Positions 39,573 to 49,620 are shown, counted from the stretch's first letter. The stretch: 64,000 bases of DNA from an uncultured virus (IMG/VR IMGVR_UViG_3300017751_000007) (IMGVR_UViG_3300017751_000007), one strand, 5' to 3'. The notes: generated from the sequence alone by a model not told the origin. A program made the numbers and translations.

Positions 39573-41036
39573 TTATGTACTTCCCATACTATCTGAAAGG
39601 CGGGCTAAGATTGCCTCGTCTTCTTGGTAAACTGTACTGGCCGTTGACCTATCCTTTGGTGTAATCTGTACTGCGTTTGTCTCTACTGGTAATGGTGACG
39701 CTACTGAATCTTTCATACAATGTAATACCATGTCATGTTTACCTGCCTCTACTGATATTGTGTGTTTAATAGATTTAATCAGGTATCGTCCTGCATGATA
39801 TGGATTGGTCTCTTCTTTCTTGTCTAATACTGGTCTCATCAATGGCATATTGAAATCTACAATGTCACCACATCTTAACAAGGTAATACCATTGACCAAC
39901 ATGACTATATTGTTTTGCATTAACATGATTCGTTGACTATTCTGCGATTGTACCAGGTCTGTTTGTGGTATATCATCATAACTATCATGTTTCTTTGCTG
40001 TCTCACTATGCACCATTAACTTGGCCATTGGCATTTGTGACAAATCCTTGTTTGTATCACCAAATTTATGTAATGGCAATATCATTTTATTATCTGATTT
40101 GTCTCCGTTAGTGTGTTCAGTATGAAAATTCTTATGGAAGTTGGCGCTGTAATCAAAATCATTGGTTGCCACCTTCTTGTTAAAATGGTCTACTGTAATC
40201 AGGCGACTGGCAAATGCACCTGAATTAATTGTTTCATCCATATTGACCGGACTGTGTATCTCATATCGTTTTACACTGTTCATCTGCATGACCACATTAT
40301 CAGGTTGTACGTTGTTCAATTGGTGGTAAAATGACCATCTACTTGGTCTTGCCTTTGCACCACCTATTGCTAGCATAGACTCTAAACTTCTAAAGTTAAA
40401 CCCTTGCGCCGTCTCATAGAACATGTAACCTGTATTTGCGTAAAGACTTGACCTTGCCTGTTTAGCAAGGAAGTTAATCACCTCTACTGGTTTAAGGTTT
40501 GGTATTACGTTCTTTGTATTTGATTTAGTTGGCTCAAAATATAGATGTTTTTGACTGTTGAGAAAATTCTTTTGTCTTAATAACTTATCAACTGCGTCCT
40601 CAATAACACCTTCAAACGCTTGACTTACTCTTGTAATGTCGTTATAGTATGCTTCAGGAGATGTAAAGTGAATCTTATAGAATTGACCACGATTATAACT
40701 ATCGTCAATCTTTACTTGTTCTATCTTATACACTTGAAACGGTACACCATCTGTTTCATTAAATGAATAACCAGGCATACCAGGTGTATTGAATTTAAGT
40801 TTGAGTCGTTCTAGTCCTGTGATTGGTAATACTGTGCGTACATCCTGCGTATCATATACGGTTATTGCGCCAGATAGGAAATGTTGTGATAAATCTTCTA
40901 GTAACTCTACCTGAATGGTAATCGGTTTAATATCCATAGTAATAACACCGCCCTCTTCGCCGTGGTTTCTATATGATATTAATTCTACTTGTTCTAGGTT
41001 ATATTCACCTGCTTTTTTTAATATATCTGTTGCCAT
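39573..41036 (-). CDS. baseplate hub protein (gp27-like)
   Basis: lies between gp53 and gp5; LPITGLE, FYET..GFNFRSL and GRYLIKSIKH. Confidence 0.7.
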   Translation of the reverse strand: MATDILKKAGEYNLEQVELISYRNHGEEGGVITMDIKPITIQVELLEDLSQHFLSGAITVYDTQDVRTVLPITGLERLKLKFNTPGMPGYSFNETDGVPFQVYKIEQVKIDDSYNRGQFYKIHFTSPEAYYNDITRVSQAFEGVIEDAVDKLLRQKNFLNSQKHLYFEPTKSNTKNVIPNLKPVEVINFLAKQARSSLYANTGYMFYETAQGFNFRSLESMLAIGGAKARPSRWSFYHQLNNVQPDNVVMQMNSVKRYEIHSPVNMDETINSGAFASRLITVDHFNKKVATNDFDYSANFHKNFHTEHTNGDKSDNKMILPLHKFGDTNKDLSQMPMAKLMVHSETAKKHDSYDDIPQTDLVQSQNSQRIMLMQNNIVMLVNGITLLRCGDIVDFNMPLMRPVLDKKEETNPYHAGRYLIKSIKHTISVEAGKHDMVLHCMKDSVASPLPVETNAVQITPKDRSTASTVYQEDEAILARLSDSMGST

Positions 41037-41040
41037 GTCA

Positions 41041-41580
41041 TTATCTTCTAATCAATGCTTTATACTCGTTGATGAAAGTCTGTAAATACTCTGGACTTAA
41101 TATCTGTATCTGTCTTATATTATCTTGTATTCTTCGTTCATATTCAATATTAGATACTGCCTCTGCACCAACATAATCACTATTAACCTCAATTTTGTGT
41201 GTCTGGTAGTCACCAGGACCGTCTCCCTTTTGCTTTCCACTAGATTGTGTTACTTCGTAGTGATGTATTGCACCTGGATTAGTGTACTTATCTTCAACAT
41301 ATTTTTGAAAATCATACTCACTTAACGGCCATTCGTAATATCTGTTTACAATATTATTTGTCAACAATATAACCCAATGAAATGCTGGGTCACCATATAC
41401 TTTGAATGCTACATCTTCTGGTTTCTCACCTGAATCAATATCATACTTGTCAAACAACATAACATTGTCTTTAATCTTACTTCTGATTTTGACACGTCTG
41501 AATATATCAGGCACCAACTTTAAACTGCCGTTGGCTTCTATATCGTAATTTATTTTTGGTAAGTCTGCAAAATATCTCAT
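41041..41580 (-). CDS. gp53: baseplate wedge subunit gp53
   Basis: GEKPEDVAFKVYGD...WVILLTN...WP and HHYE. Confidence 0.88.
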   Translation of the reverse strand: MRYFADLPKINYDIEANGSLKLVPDIFRRVKIRSKIKDNVMLFDKYDIDSGEKPEDVAFKVYGDPAFHWVILLTNNIVNRYYEWPLSEYDFQKYVEDKYTNPGAIHHYEVTQSSGKQKGDGPGDYQTHKIEVNSDYVGAEAVSNIEYERRIQDNIRQIQILSPEYLQTFINEYKALIRR

Positions 41581-42719
41581 TAGTAACCTTTTAATATATC
41601 TGATTTAGTGATGTATTTGTCTTCTATAAATGTTACAGTCATTTTGTAGTGTACAGGCGAAGCACCTTTGAAATCTCTTTCAAAGAATGAGTTTTGACCA
41701 TCAGGACCATAATCAACTGCAACAGATTTACAATAACAATTTGCAATCTTATTAAGATATGTGTTTTGTTTACCATGATTTAAATATTGTATTTCAAATT
41801 TACTAGGAATATGGAACATGGCACCTGCACCCTCAGCTGATAAACCTGGAGCACTGTGATATTTGAACATGAATATAATATCTTGTACATGTTTTAATTC
41901 TTCTTTACTTCTAGGCCAGAAATCAAATGTGTATTCAAAACCTCTATACTCTGGCGCATTGTAAAACTGTTCGTCTCTTGGATTCATTGCAACACCGGCA
42001 CGTTTCATACCTAATCTTACGGGGTCACCTGCACCGGCAAAGTTAACTGCCTCTGATAATAAACCTTTTGCGTAACGTGTACCACCACCAACAACACCCT
42101 CTAATACTGCATTTACTTTTCCAGCAGAAGTTTCGGCCTCACCTGCCTTATCTAGTGACGCCATAATATCACCTGTCAAATTCATACTTTCACTTTCGTA
42201 TGATTGTCCATAACTCACTTTAATACCTGGTGGCATATAGATTGATATAGCGGCTGTTGTGTTCTCTGAACCTGGTAATCTACTATTTACAGAGCCGTTA
42301 CTTGATGTTTCGTTGATACTTGACTTTCTTGCCTTTGCTGTAGTAGTATAATCTGAAGCACCATCTTGGTCTCCGTGTAGTGATTGACCTACTGAATTTC
42401 CTATGTCTGCCTCGGCATATCCTTTATTTGTTCTTGCCTCTTTGATAAGAAATAGAATATAATGTCCTAATTCATTTGTACCAAGGTCAAGTGGATATTG
42501 TACTGTTGAAAACTTTAATGGATTTCTTTTTAGTTTCTCTTGTGGACTATCAGGTACTTCATAAGGAGATTTGTCTAACAACTCGGCTGATACTTTACCT
42601 TGTTGATTGTCAAATCCTGATGTTTGTCCTGTTAATGCGTTGCCTACAACTTCAGCGCCTTTAGCTACTGCTGAATTGAATAACCCACCGGCCGCTGCTT
42701 TAAATGTCTTTAATCCCAT
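41580..42719 (-). CDS. gp48: baseplate tail-tube cap gp48-like
   Basis: YPLDL, IYMPP, NP...R.FEYTF.F.PRS..E and FKYHSAP. Confidence 0.78.
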   Translation of the reverse strand: MGLKTFKAAAGGLFNSAVAKGAEVVGNALTGQTSGFDNQQGKVSAELLDKSPYEVPDSPQEKLKRNPLKFSTVQYPLDLGTNELGHYILFLIKEARTNKGYAEADIGNSVGQSLHGDQDGASDYTTTAKARKSSINETSSNGSVNSRLPGSENTTAAISIYMPPGIKVSYGQSYESESMNLTGDIMASLDKAGEAETSAGKVNAVLEGVVGGGTRYAKGLLSEAVNFAGAGDPVRLGMKRAGVAMNPRDEQFYNAPEYRGFEYTFDFWPRSKEELKHVQDIIFMFKYHSAPGLSAEGAGAMFHIPSKFEIQYLNHGKQNTYLNKIANCYCKSVAVDYGPDGQNSFFERDFKGASPVHYKMTVTFIEDKYITKSDILKGY

Positions 42720-42770
42720 ATGCCTAAATATCCTCTAGTTAGTAATATTTATATAAGTTATAGGTACATT

Positions 42771-43202
42771 ATGAGAAAGAGTTACAAGGGTTTATTCAAA
42801 CCAGTCAATCCAAGCAAATATGTCGGCGACCCTAAAGGTATCGTGTATAGGTCTCTTTTAGAGAAGAGATTTATGTTATATTGTGACTCAAATAAAGATA
42901 TTACACATTGGGCAAGTGAAGAATTGCCTGTACGATACTATAATCCCATTGATAAGAGATATCATAGGTATTTTCCTGACTTTATCATAAAAACTGGTAA
43001 AGGCAAGAAGTTTATGATAGAGATAAAACCTTATCGTCAATGTAAACCACCAAAACCACCTACTAAAAAGTCTAAAGTCTATCTACGTGAGTCATTTGAG
43101 TATGTCAAAAATCAGGCAAAATGGAAGGCTGCAAGAGCCTATTGTGAACACAATAATATGGAATTTAAACTTATTACAGAAAAAGAATTAGGTAAGTATT
43201 AA
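42771..43202 (+). CDS. gp4: head completion nuclease gp4
   Basis: PSKYVGD...YRSLLE...WASEE...YFPDF...EIKP...NQAKW. Confidence 0.9.
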   Translation: MRKSYKGLFKPVNPSKYVGDPKGIVYRSLLEKRFMLYCDSNKDITHWASEELPVRYYNPIDKRYHRYFPDFIIKTGKGKKFMIEIKPYRQCKPPKPPTKKSKVYLRESFEYVKNQAKWKAARAYCEHNNMEFKLITEKELGKY

Positions 43203-45004
43203 CCTAACGGAGCAAAACCTTGTTTCTTTGCCAACTTCTGACCTGTGTCTAAAGGTGCTGTTTGTATAGTTTGATTATTTGTTGTTGCTGTTGAGTTATT
43301 ATTGCCGTCAACTTTAACAATTGTTGTACCACCCACATCAGCCGCTTTCATTTCATTAGGATTCATTTTATTAGGCATAGATTCAACTGTACCTGAAAGA
43401 GTTGCTGATTCTGCAGCTGCAACATCTGTTGACATTTGTTTCATACCATCTGGTAAAAATTTGAATAACCAACTATCAGGCGATGGTAATATACTAGCAA
43501 ATACTTTCTTAATCATGTCACCAATATTAGGTAATTCAAAGTCACTAAATGATGGCATTGTAAAACCAAATATCTTACCTGTTTCGGGGTCATAAATCTT
43601 GTTTCTTATTTCTTTTATCTTATCAAACATAGTTGACAAAGTTGGTAGTTCAGGTAATTGATAACCAAATAGTGAATTAGTTTCGCCATTGTACACCTTA
43701 TTACCTAAATCACTGAACCAAGTGCCAATGTCTGATAAACTAGGCATAGCTGGTAATTGATAACCAAACAACTCGCCTGTTTCAGAATTGTAAACTTTTT
43801 TGCCTAAATCACCAAACCAAGTACCAATGTCATCTAAACTTGGTAGTTCAGGTAATTGATAACCAAATAACTCTCCTGTTTCACTGTTATAAATTTTCTT
43901 ACCTAAATTACTGAACCATGTGACCATACTATCAAAGGTATCTGTTATACTTCCCTTGACCATGTCCCATGTGTAACCAAATAATGCACCTGTTTCAGGA
44001 TTGTAAATTGCTAAACCTATTGCTTTAAACCATGCTACCATGTCATTAAAGGCTGTTGTTACTGTGCCTACTAAATCATCTATGTTAAAAATCTTTTCAA
44101 TCTTTGCAATTAAATTATCAAAGGCACCTGTAAATACACCGATAATATCATTACCAATCCTTGTAAACTCAGCCTTGATTGTTGTCCATGCCTCTTTGAT
44201 TAATTCCATATCACCTGTTACAATTCCCCATATCAAGTCACTAACAAAGTTTAGACTTGCTAAAAATGTATCAAATGTTGTACCGATTAGACCAGCTGCA
44301 ATCTCTATGCCTGTACCTATGCTTGCAAGACCTAATTTAATAACTTTATCTGCGACTACTAGTATGGCGTCAAATAATGGTTTAACTGCTGTCCACATTT
44401 TATCAATGAGGTCAAGCACTGGCGATAAAGCCTCAACAATCTCATCCATATAATACATTAACAATTGAATACCTGTAATCACAAGACCAATAGGACCAAA
44501 TCTACCTAAGAATGGTAATAAAACTGCTAGTCTGGCAAATACTCTACCAAAAGGTCCTGCCTTACCAAAGAAGTTTATTAAAGGTTGAAATATTTTTGTA
44601 AGTCTTTTCTTTAATGCTAATAATAGACCACTTACAAGTCCACCACCGGCTGCTGAAGCAAAGTTACCTATACCACCACCAGAATTGTCTCTTGCGTCAA
44701 GGTTGCCATCAATATCATTATCATTACCTAATCCTGCTGGACCAGTCAATAGATTAGCGTCTGCATTATCTCTTGCTCTACGTGCCTCTGCTTTGTCAAA
44801 GTTCAGCATTCTGTTTAGCAAGTCGTACACTCTAGTGATACCTTGTACAGTTTTCAATTGTAAATCTCTTAACTGTTCAAGTAATTGAATACCAATATGA
44901 CTGTCTCTCGGCTCGTCTTGCCTCATAACAGTAGCAGAACCACCTACTAGGGCGCCACCTACTTTTGATTGCATTTCTTCTACGACTGCTAATGCTGTTG
45001 ACAT
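43199..45004 (-). CDS. probable tape-measure protein (gp29-like)
   Basis: 601 aa, amphipathic/helical with periodic W/F and internal repeats; downstream of gp26/gp51. Confidence 0.6.
   Translation of the reverse strand: MSTALAVVEEMQSKVGGALVGGSATVMRQDEPRDSHIGIQLLEQLRDLQLKTVQGITRVYDLLNRMLNFDKAEARRARDNADANLLTGPAGLGNDNDIDGNLDARDNSGGGIGNFASAAGGGLVSGLLLALKKRLTKIFQPLINFFGKAGPFGRVFARLAVLLPFLGRFGPIGLVITGIQLLMYYMDEIVEALSPVLDLIDKMWTAVKPLFDAILVVADKVIKLGLASIGTGIEIAAGLIGTTFDTFLASLNFVSDLIWGIVTGDMELIKEAWTTIKAEFTRIGNDIIGVFTGAFDNLIAKIEKIFNIDDLVGTVTTAFNDMVAWFKAIGLAIYNPETGALFGYTWDMVKGSITDTFDSMVTWFSNLGKKIYNSETGELFGYQLPELPSLDDIGTWFGDLGKKVYNSETGELFGYQLPAMPSLSDIGTWFSDLGNKVYNGETNSLFGYQLPELPTLSTMFDKIKEIRNKIYDPETGKIFGFTMPSFSDFELPNIGDMIKKVFASILPSPDSWLFKFLPDGMKQMSTDVAAAESATLSGTVESMPNKMNPNEMKAADVGGTTIVKVDGNNNSTATTNNQTIQTAPLDTGQKLAKKQGFAPLG
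43530..44040 (-). repeat. five imperfect internal repeats (33-40 aa) in the tape-measure-like gene
   Basis: YNPETGALFGY / YNSETGELFGYQLPELPSL / YNSETGELFGYQLPAMPSL / YNGETNSLFGYQLPELPTL / YDPETGKIFGF. Confidence 0.85.
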
Positions 45005-45006
45005 TT

Positions 45007-45135
45007 CTATTTAAACCTTTTGTTGATGTATTTGTAAATAGCGTATGCACCTAGTAAAACAACTATTGTGCCTATGCCATCAAACCAACTTGTCTCGTTG
45101 ATTACTTGTAATAAGTCTGCTGTTACCCAATCCAT
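45007..45135 (-). CDS. small single-TM protein (42 aa; not in ORF track)
   Basis: MDWVTADLLQVINETSWFDGIGTIVVLLGAYAIYKYINKRFK; TAATG-coupled. Confidence 0.6.
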   Translation of the reverse strand: MDWVTADLLQVINETSWFDGIGTIVVLLGAYAIYKYINKRFK

Positions 45136-45461
45136 TATTTCTTACTCTTACTTGTTCCTGTGTATAGACCAAACCAGGCTGCGCCAGCACCAACAACGAT
45201 ACTGATTAAGCCACTCTGTTCCATAGTCGGAGCAGATAAGTTCATATACCATATTACGCATTTGTATAATAATATAATGTAAACTGTTAAGAACAATCTT
45301 GGAAATATTCTCCAAGCGTCAACAGCTCTTGCCATATGAATTAATTTAGCATATGGATTTACACCAAGGTCTTTGATTGATGTATCAACTTCTAAATCAA
45401 CTTGTATTTTTTGTTTAGGTTCTGCAACCTTAACATCTTTTTTTGCTTCTTCTTCTGCCAT
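45135..45461 (-). CDS. two-TM membrane protein (holin-like candidate)
   Basis: VDAWRIFPRL...TM...GAGAAWFGLY with a basic C-terminus. Confidence 0.55.
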   Translation of the reverse strand: MAEEEAKKDVKVAEPKQKIQVDLEVDTSIKDLGVNPYAKLIHMARAVDAWRIFPRLFLTVYIILLYKCVIWYMNLSAPTMEQSGLISIVVGAGAAWFGLYTGTSKSKK

Positions 45462-45655
45462 TACTTCATCTTCCTCTCTCTAGCCTTATCTTGTTCGTCT
45501 TTGATATACTGAATTAATAAATTAACGTATATCTCCCTCTCCCATGGTATCATCATATTCAATTCAGTTAGAGAATATTTATGATGTTGCATTAAAGCAA
45601 AGTTAACCTTAAAATGGTTTTCTAAGCTATCATGTGAGAGGGCTATGCGAAAAAA
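45461..45655 (-). CDS. gp51: gp51-like baseplate hub assembly domain (first ATG 45592; probably entered by -1 frameshift)
   Basis: SHDSLENHFKVNFALMQHHKYSLTELNMMIPWEREIYV; the recognisable motif begins upstream of the first ATG. Confidence 0.75.
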   Translation of the reverse strand, partial: FFRIALSHDSLENHFKVNFALMQHHKYSLTELNMMIPWEREIYVNLLIQYIKDEQDKARERKMK

Positions 45656-46353
45656 TCGGCTAACCCTTGCAACGTCACTTTACTCTCAACTTTTGTTTTT
45701 GGATTGGTTACTGTAATCTCATGTGCCAATCTTGGCATAGTTGAGAAAAACTTTTGTAACCTTACAAAAACACCACTATCTAAACTATCAATAAAATCTC
45801 TCAATTCTTTTTGAGTATAATCTTTAGCTTGGTGTACTGTTTCACCATCAATAATCTGGTAAATAGTGTTACCAATGATTTCAAACAACTTGTCTGTCTT
45901 CATTGATTTACTGTCAGCAGTTGGATCCACACTGTTGATTGTAGGGTATGTCATAACCATTTTGATTTTGTCATTTACCTCAATCGTGTTAGTGTGTTCG
46001 TCATCAACTTGTACATTTACTTTTGTCAAGTCAACTTCATGCTCAGCATATGTCACTTTGTCGTCAGGACATAACACTTTAATTTTTACTTTTTCACCTA
46101 CTGATTTAGACCTAATCTGTAAAAAGATATACTCTAAATCAAAGGTTGGTAATACTTCTACGTTAACTGTACCATAGGTACATGCGTTAACAATGTCTTT
46201 GAGAGCAGTAGTAATACCTTTACTGTTCCCCTCTTCTAGTGCTTGAAGGAGTATTTTCTCCTCTTTCACAATAAAAGGTCTGTACTTAACAACTGTGTCG
46301 CTACTTGGCAACGTCAATTCATAAGTCGCTGTTTCTAATATAGGCAATGCCAT
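45643..46353 (-). CDS. gp26: baseplate hub subunit/assembly protein gp26
   Basis: YRPFIVKEEKIL, FDLEYIFLQIRSKSVGE and FFSTMP. Confidence 0.88.
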   Translation of the reverse strand: MALPILETATYELTLPSSDTVVKYRPFIVKEEKILLQALEEGNSKGITTALKDIVNACTYGTVNVEVLPTFDLEYIFLQIRSKSVGEKVKIKVLCPDDKVTYAEHEVDLTKVNVQVDDEHTNTIEVNDKIKMVMTYPTINSVDPTADSKSMKTDKLFEIIGNTIYQIIDGETVHQAKDYTQKELRDFIDSLDSGVFVRLQKFFSTMPRLAHEITVTNPKTKVESKVTLQGLADFFA

Positions 46354-46374
46354 GATATACTTCTCCTTTTTATA

Positions 46375-47328
46375 TTATACAAATGGTGGGAATACTTTAC
46401 CACCTGTAACTCTACCAATTGGCAAGTTACGTTTCGCTGTAGATAGAACGTCACGTCCTGCTCTACGTATTTCTGGTGGTAATCTATTTAATATACCACC
46501 AAATAATCCAAAATCTTTACTCGGTTTAATACTTGGCAATTCACCAAACGATTGGCCTACTGTAGCATTGCTAAGTTGGTCAATTGTTAAGTTACGCCAA
46601 TATCTAAAATTCAATGTAATAGGTACTCTTACTACATCATTTGTTGTTCCATAATTATAGTCGTATGAACCAATAGTCTGTGGATATACTTCATACAATC
46701 TAACTGCATATGTAACTCTGTCTCTGTCACTCTCATTAGAGAATGAGCCTAACTGAAATATGTCCATAGTACCAATGTAATCATCATAGAATTTCATGTC
46801 GTGTGAATTGATATCAAATATCTTTTTCTGCCAATTCTCAAAGAATAATCTTTGTCTTAAAAATTTGTCGCCATAGAATGAACACTCTAACTCACCACTA
46901 AAACCATATGCGAAAGGCATTAGTCTTCTAGGTCCATAATGTTGTACTTCTGCTGTCTTCACGTCTCTACTTGGCATTGTAACACTACTACACATCATAC
47001 CAATATTTCTTTTCATTTGTGATGATTCTAAATCATTCATACCAGTTGCAGCTGAAGCCGGAGACATTGCCATGTCATCCATGTAATCTTGTTCGGTAAA
47101 TATCTTTTGAGGTGGTTGTACAACAATTAGGTATCTAGCCGGTCTTGCCATGCCTTCACCTTGATTTATCTCTGCAATAAATCTGTTAATTGTACTTTCA
47201 CTTTGACCAACTTGACCGCCTTCTGTAAAACGTGGGTCTTTATTGATATTATCTAAAGACTTATCTCTAGGTAAACCAATTCTAATATCTTGACCAAATA
47301 TCTTTACACCACCTCGTAAAATTGCCAT
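46375..47328 (-). CDS. tail-tube-fold baseplate protein (gp54/gp19-like)
   Basis: GMARPARY, C..V.MP, FFENWQ and LYEVYP...FRYW. Confidence 0.65.
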   Translation of the reverse strand: MAILRGGVKIFGQDIRIGLPRDKSLDNINKDPRFTEGGQVGQSESTINRFIAEINQGEGMARPARYLIVVQPPQKIFTEQDYMDDMAMSPASAATGMNDLESSQMKRNIGMMCSSVTMPSRDVKTAEVQHYGPRRLMPFAYGFSGELECSFYGDKFLRQRLFFENWQKKIFDINSHDMKFYDDYIGTMDIFQLGSFSNESDRDRVTYAVRLYEVYPQTIGSYDYNYGTTNDVVRVPITLNFRYWRNLTIDQLSNATVGQSFGELPSIKPSKDFGLFGGILNRLPPEIRRAGRDVLSTAKRNLPIGRVTGGKVFPPFV

Positions 47329-47495
47329 TATAGTATTTTCCCTTTATTAGGTCCGTTTTTAATTCTGTATCGTTGTGTACCTGTAGCACCAATTTCAACT
47401 TCTGTTCTTAAAGATTTAGATAGTTCTAATTCTTTTTTATATTTATTGACTTTATTAGTGTGTTCAGTTAATTGTTTTGTTCTATCTCTGTCCAT
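47328..47495 (-). CDS. hypothetical protein (55 aa; not in ORF track)
   Basis: MDRDRTKQLTEH...RIKNGPNKGKIL; TAATG-coupled at both ends; AGGAG SD. Confidence 0.65.
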   Translation of the reverse strand: MDRDRTKQLTEHTNKVNKYKKELELSKSLRTEVEIGATGTQRYRIKNGPNKGKIL

Positions 47496-48049
47496 TATAT
47501 TTTTCTCCTACTGTCAGCAAATACCTGACCAATTGAAGCCTTTTGAAACTGTGCAACTGGTAAATAACAGGCTAATGCCATTTCATCTGCGTCTATTCGT
47601 AAGAATGAAGAACGTACATTAGACCACAAGTATCTTTTAATTGCTGGTTTAATCAAGTTAACATTTTTTAGTGATTGATAATTTGCGTCAATTCTAGTTG
47701 TACTATCAAATTTAGCATTTGAAGAGTATCGTTGCATTTCTTGTAACAACTTAAATCTTAACGCATATGGTAAATAGTGAAAGTTTAGACCTAGGAAACC
47801 TCTTGGTACAACTTCTAAAGGTAGTACCAACGGAAACGTATCATAGAATGGTAGTTTTGCTTTTGTTTTTGGGTCATAGAAGAACATTGACATTCTTCCA
47901 CCACTTGGTTTGCCTAATAGTTTACCACTATTCATTAGTTTAGTAGCAGAAGTTCTATCTGCAATCAAAGACACTGCGTTTCTGTACCATGAGGCACTAC
48001 GCATTTGTCCATCTTGTATGTCCTTTAGTGGATTGAATATATTTACCAT
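47495..48049 (-). CDS. gp2: DNA end protector gp2-like
   Basis: FFYDPKTK..LPFYDTFPL...GLNFHYLP...IKRYL. Confidence 0.8.
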   Translation of the reverse strand: MVNIFNPLKDIQDGQMRSASWYRNAVSLIADRTSATKLMNSGKLLGKPSGGRMSMFFYDPKTKAKLPFYDTFPLVLPLEVVPRGFLGLNFHYLPYALRFKLLQEMQRYSSNAKFDSTTRIDANYQSLKNVNLIKPAIKRYLWSNVRSSFLRIDADEMALACYLPVAQFQKASIGQVFADSRRKI

Positions 48050-48062
48050 ACCACTATTTATA

Positions 48063-48094
48063 AGAAAACCCCTAGCGATTTCTCGCTAGAGGTT
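48063..48094 (-). terminator. intrinsic terminator after gp32
   Basis: AACCTCTAGCGA-GAAA-TCGCTAGGGGTT then TTCTT. Confidence 0.75.
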
Positions 48095-48127
48095 AAGTCT
48101 TTTAGATGTATTCTGAGAGAGAAAGGA

Positions 48128-49024
48128 TTACTCTTCGTCAGCCAATTTACTAAAATATGACAACGTATCGTCATCATTTTCACTTGGCGTAGAATCGTTA
48201 CCTACATCCGGTTGACTTGGTACAACCTGTTCGGTCTGTGGTGGGAGGTCTACAGATTCGATATTGGTTGTATTCTGTTGTCCCGTAATTACCCTATTCA
48301 ATTTGCTCTTGAGCTCATCATAGGTCTTAAAATTACTAGGGTCAACAAAAGGTAATAGAGGATATTGTTTTGACCAAATAGCCTTGATATCTTCATCAGA
48401 CTCTTTGATTTGAGAAACACCCTCAAATTCGGACTTATCATAGTTCCAATAACCATCAACTTTTCTGATTTTCAGTTTAAAGTTTGCACCTTTCCAAAAA
48501 TCAAATGGGTTAATTGCCTGTTCATCTTCAAATGCCGGCTGCATTGCTTCGGTAATCTTATCAAAGATTTTCTTACCAAATTTAAACAAGAACGTCTTGC
48601 CTTCATTTTCTGGATGTTTAGGGTCACTAACTATCAAAATATTAGAATAGTATGACAATTTTCTTTTTCTCTTACGAGCAATTTCTTTGTCACTATCTAC
48701 GCCAGTATTCCATAGTCTAGTATTCTCTTCTGACACTGGATCCTTTTGATTCAATGTTGTTAGAGAGTTTTCAATATACCAACCGCCTTTATCTTGGAAG
48801 GCATGTGACCAAACTCTTTGCCATGGCATTTCTTCTCCACTTGAAGAAGGTAAGAAACGTAACACAGCGTAACCGTTACCAGTTTTATCTAGTTCAGGTT
48901 TCCAAAGTCTGTCGTCTTGGTATTTGTTAGATGATTTCGCTTCTGGTTTTTCACTTGAAGCTTCTAGTGCTTTTGTAATTTTATCAAAATTACCACTTGA
49001 TTGTTTTAATGATTCAAAATCCAT
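48128..49024 (-). CDS. gp32: single-stranded DNA-binding protein gp32
   Basis: DKTGNGYAVLRFLP, FGKKIFDKI, GANFKLKI and NYDKSEF; acidic C-terminus. Confidence 0.95.
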   Translation of the reverse strand: MDFESLKQSSGNFDKITKALEASSEKPEAKSSNKYQDDRLWKPELDKTGNGYAVLRFLPSSSGEEMPWQRVWSHAFQDKGGWYIENSLTTLNQKDPVSEENTRLWNTGVDSDKEIARKRKRKLSYYSNILIVSDPKHPENEGKTFLFKFGKKIFDKITEAMQPAFEDEQAINPFDFWKGANFKLKIRKVDGYWNYDKSEFEGVSQIKESDEDIKAIWSKQYPLLPFVDPSNFKTYDELKSKLNRVITGQQNTTNIESVDLPPQTEQVVPSQPDVGNDSTPSENDDDTLSYFSKLADEE

Positions 49025-49106
49025 ATTTTACTCCTTTGTATGTATTTTCGTATTATTGTTTTCGTGTGACCTGTTTAATTCGGCCTCATTAGTATTTATA
49101 CAAGTT

Positions 49107-49589
49107 TTAGCAGCCAGATAGGACATTTTCTGCTCCACTGACTTCAAATGGGTCACTCGTACAATTGTCGCATTTACCTGCCTCTTCATATACACGTTCA
49201 ACAACACCGTCATTGATTATCATTGCATATCGCCAAGACCTGTACCCAAATCCTTTATCGTCTTTCTTAACTAACATACCCATACGTCTAGTAAATTCAC
49301 CAGAGCCATCTGGTATCATCTTTACTTTCTCAACGTTTAGGTTGTCTGCCCAAGCGTTCATTACAAAACCATCATTAACAGATAGACAGTATATTTCTGA
49401 TACGCCTTTGTTAATAAATTGGTCGTACATTTCTTCGTACTTCGGTAACTGTTTACTTGAACATGTTGGTGTAAAAGCACCAGGTAATGCAAATAGCACT
49501 ACACGTTTGCCTTTAAAAAAATCATCTGTTGTCTTGTCCATCCACTCACCGGCGACACGACATTTAAATGTTATTTCTGGTAGATTCAT
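49107..49589 (-). CDS. peroxiredoxin (Prx5/AhpC-TSA type)
   Basis: PGAFTPTCS, SVND.FVMNAW and RSWRYAM. Confidence 0.92.
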   Translation of the reverse strand: MNLPEITFKCRVAGEWMDKTTDDFFKGKRVVLFALPGAFTPTCSSKQLPKYEEMYDQFINKGVSEIYCLSVNDGFVMNAWADNLNVEKVKMIPDGSGEFTRRMGMLVKKDDKGFGYRSWRYAMIINDGVVERVYEEAGKCDNCTSDPFEVSGAENVLSGC

Positions 49590-49620
49590 GTTCGTTTTAT
49601 TCCTTTAATTTATTGTTACT

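Noticed and set aside
49028..49213. 61-aa minus-strand ORF
   Set aside because: overlaps the peroxiredoxin 3' end and spans the gp32 late promoter and leader
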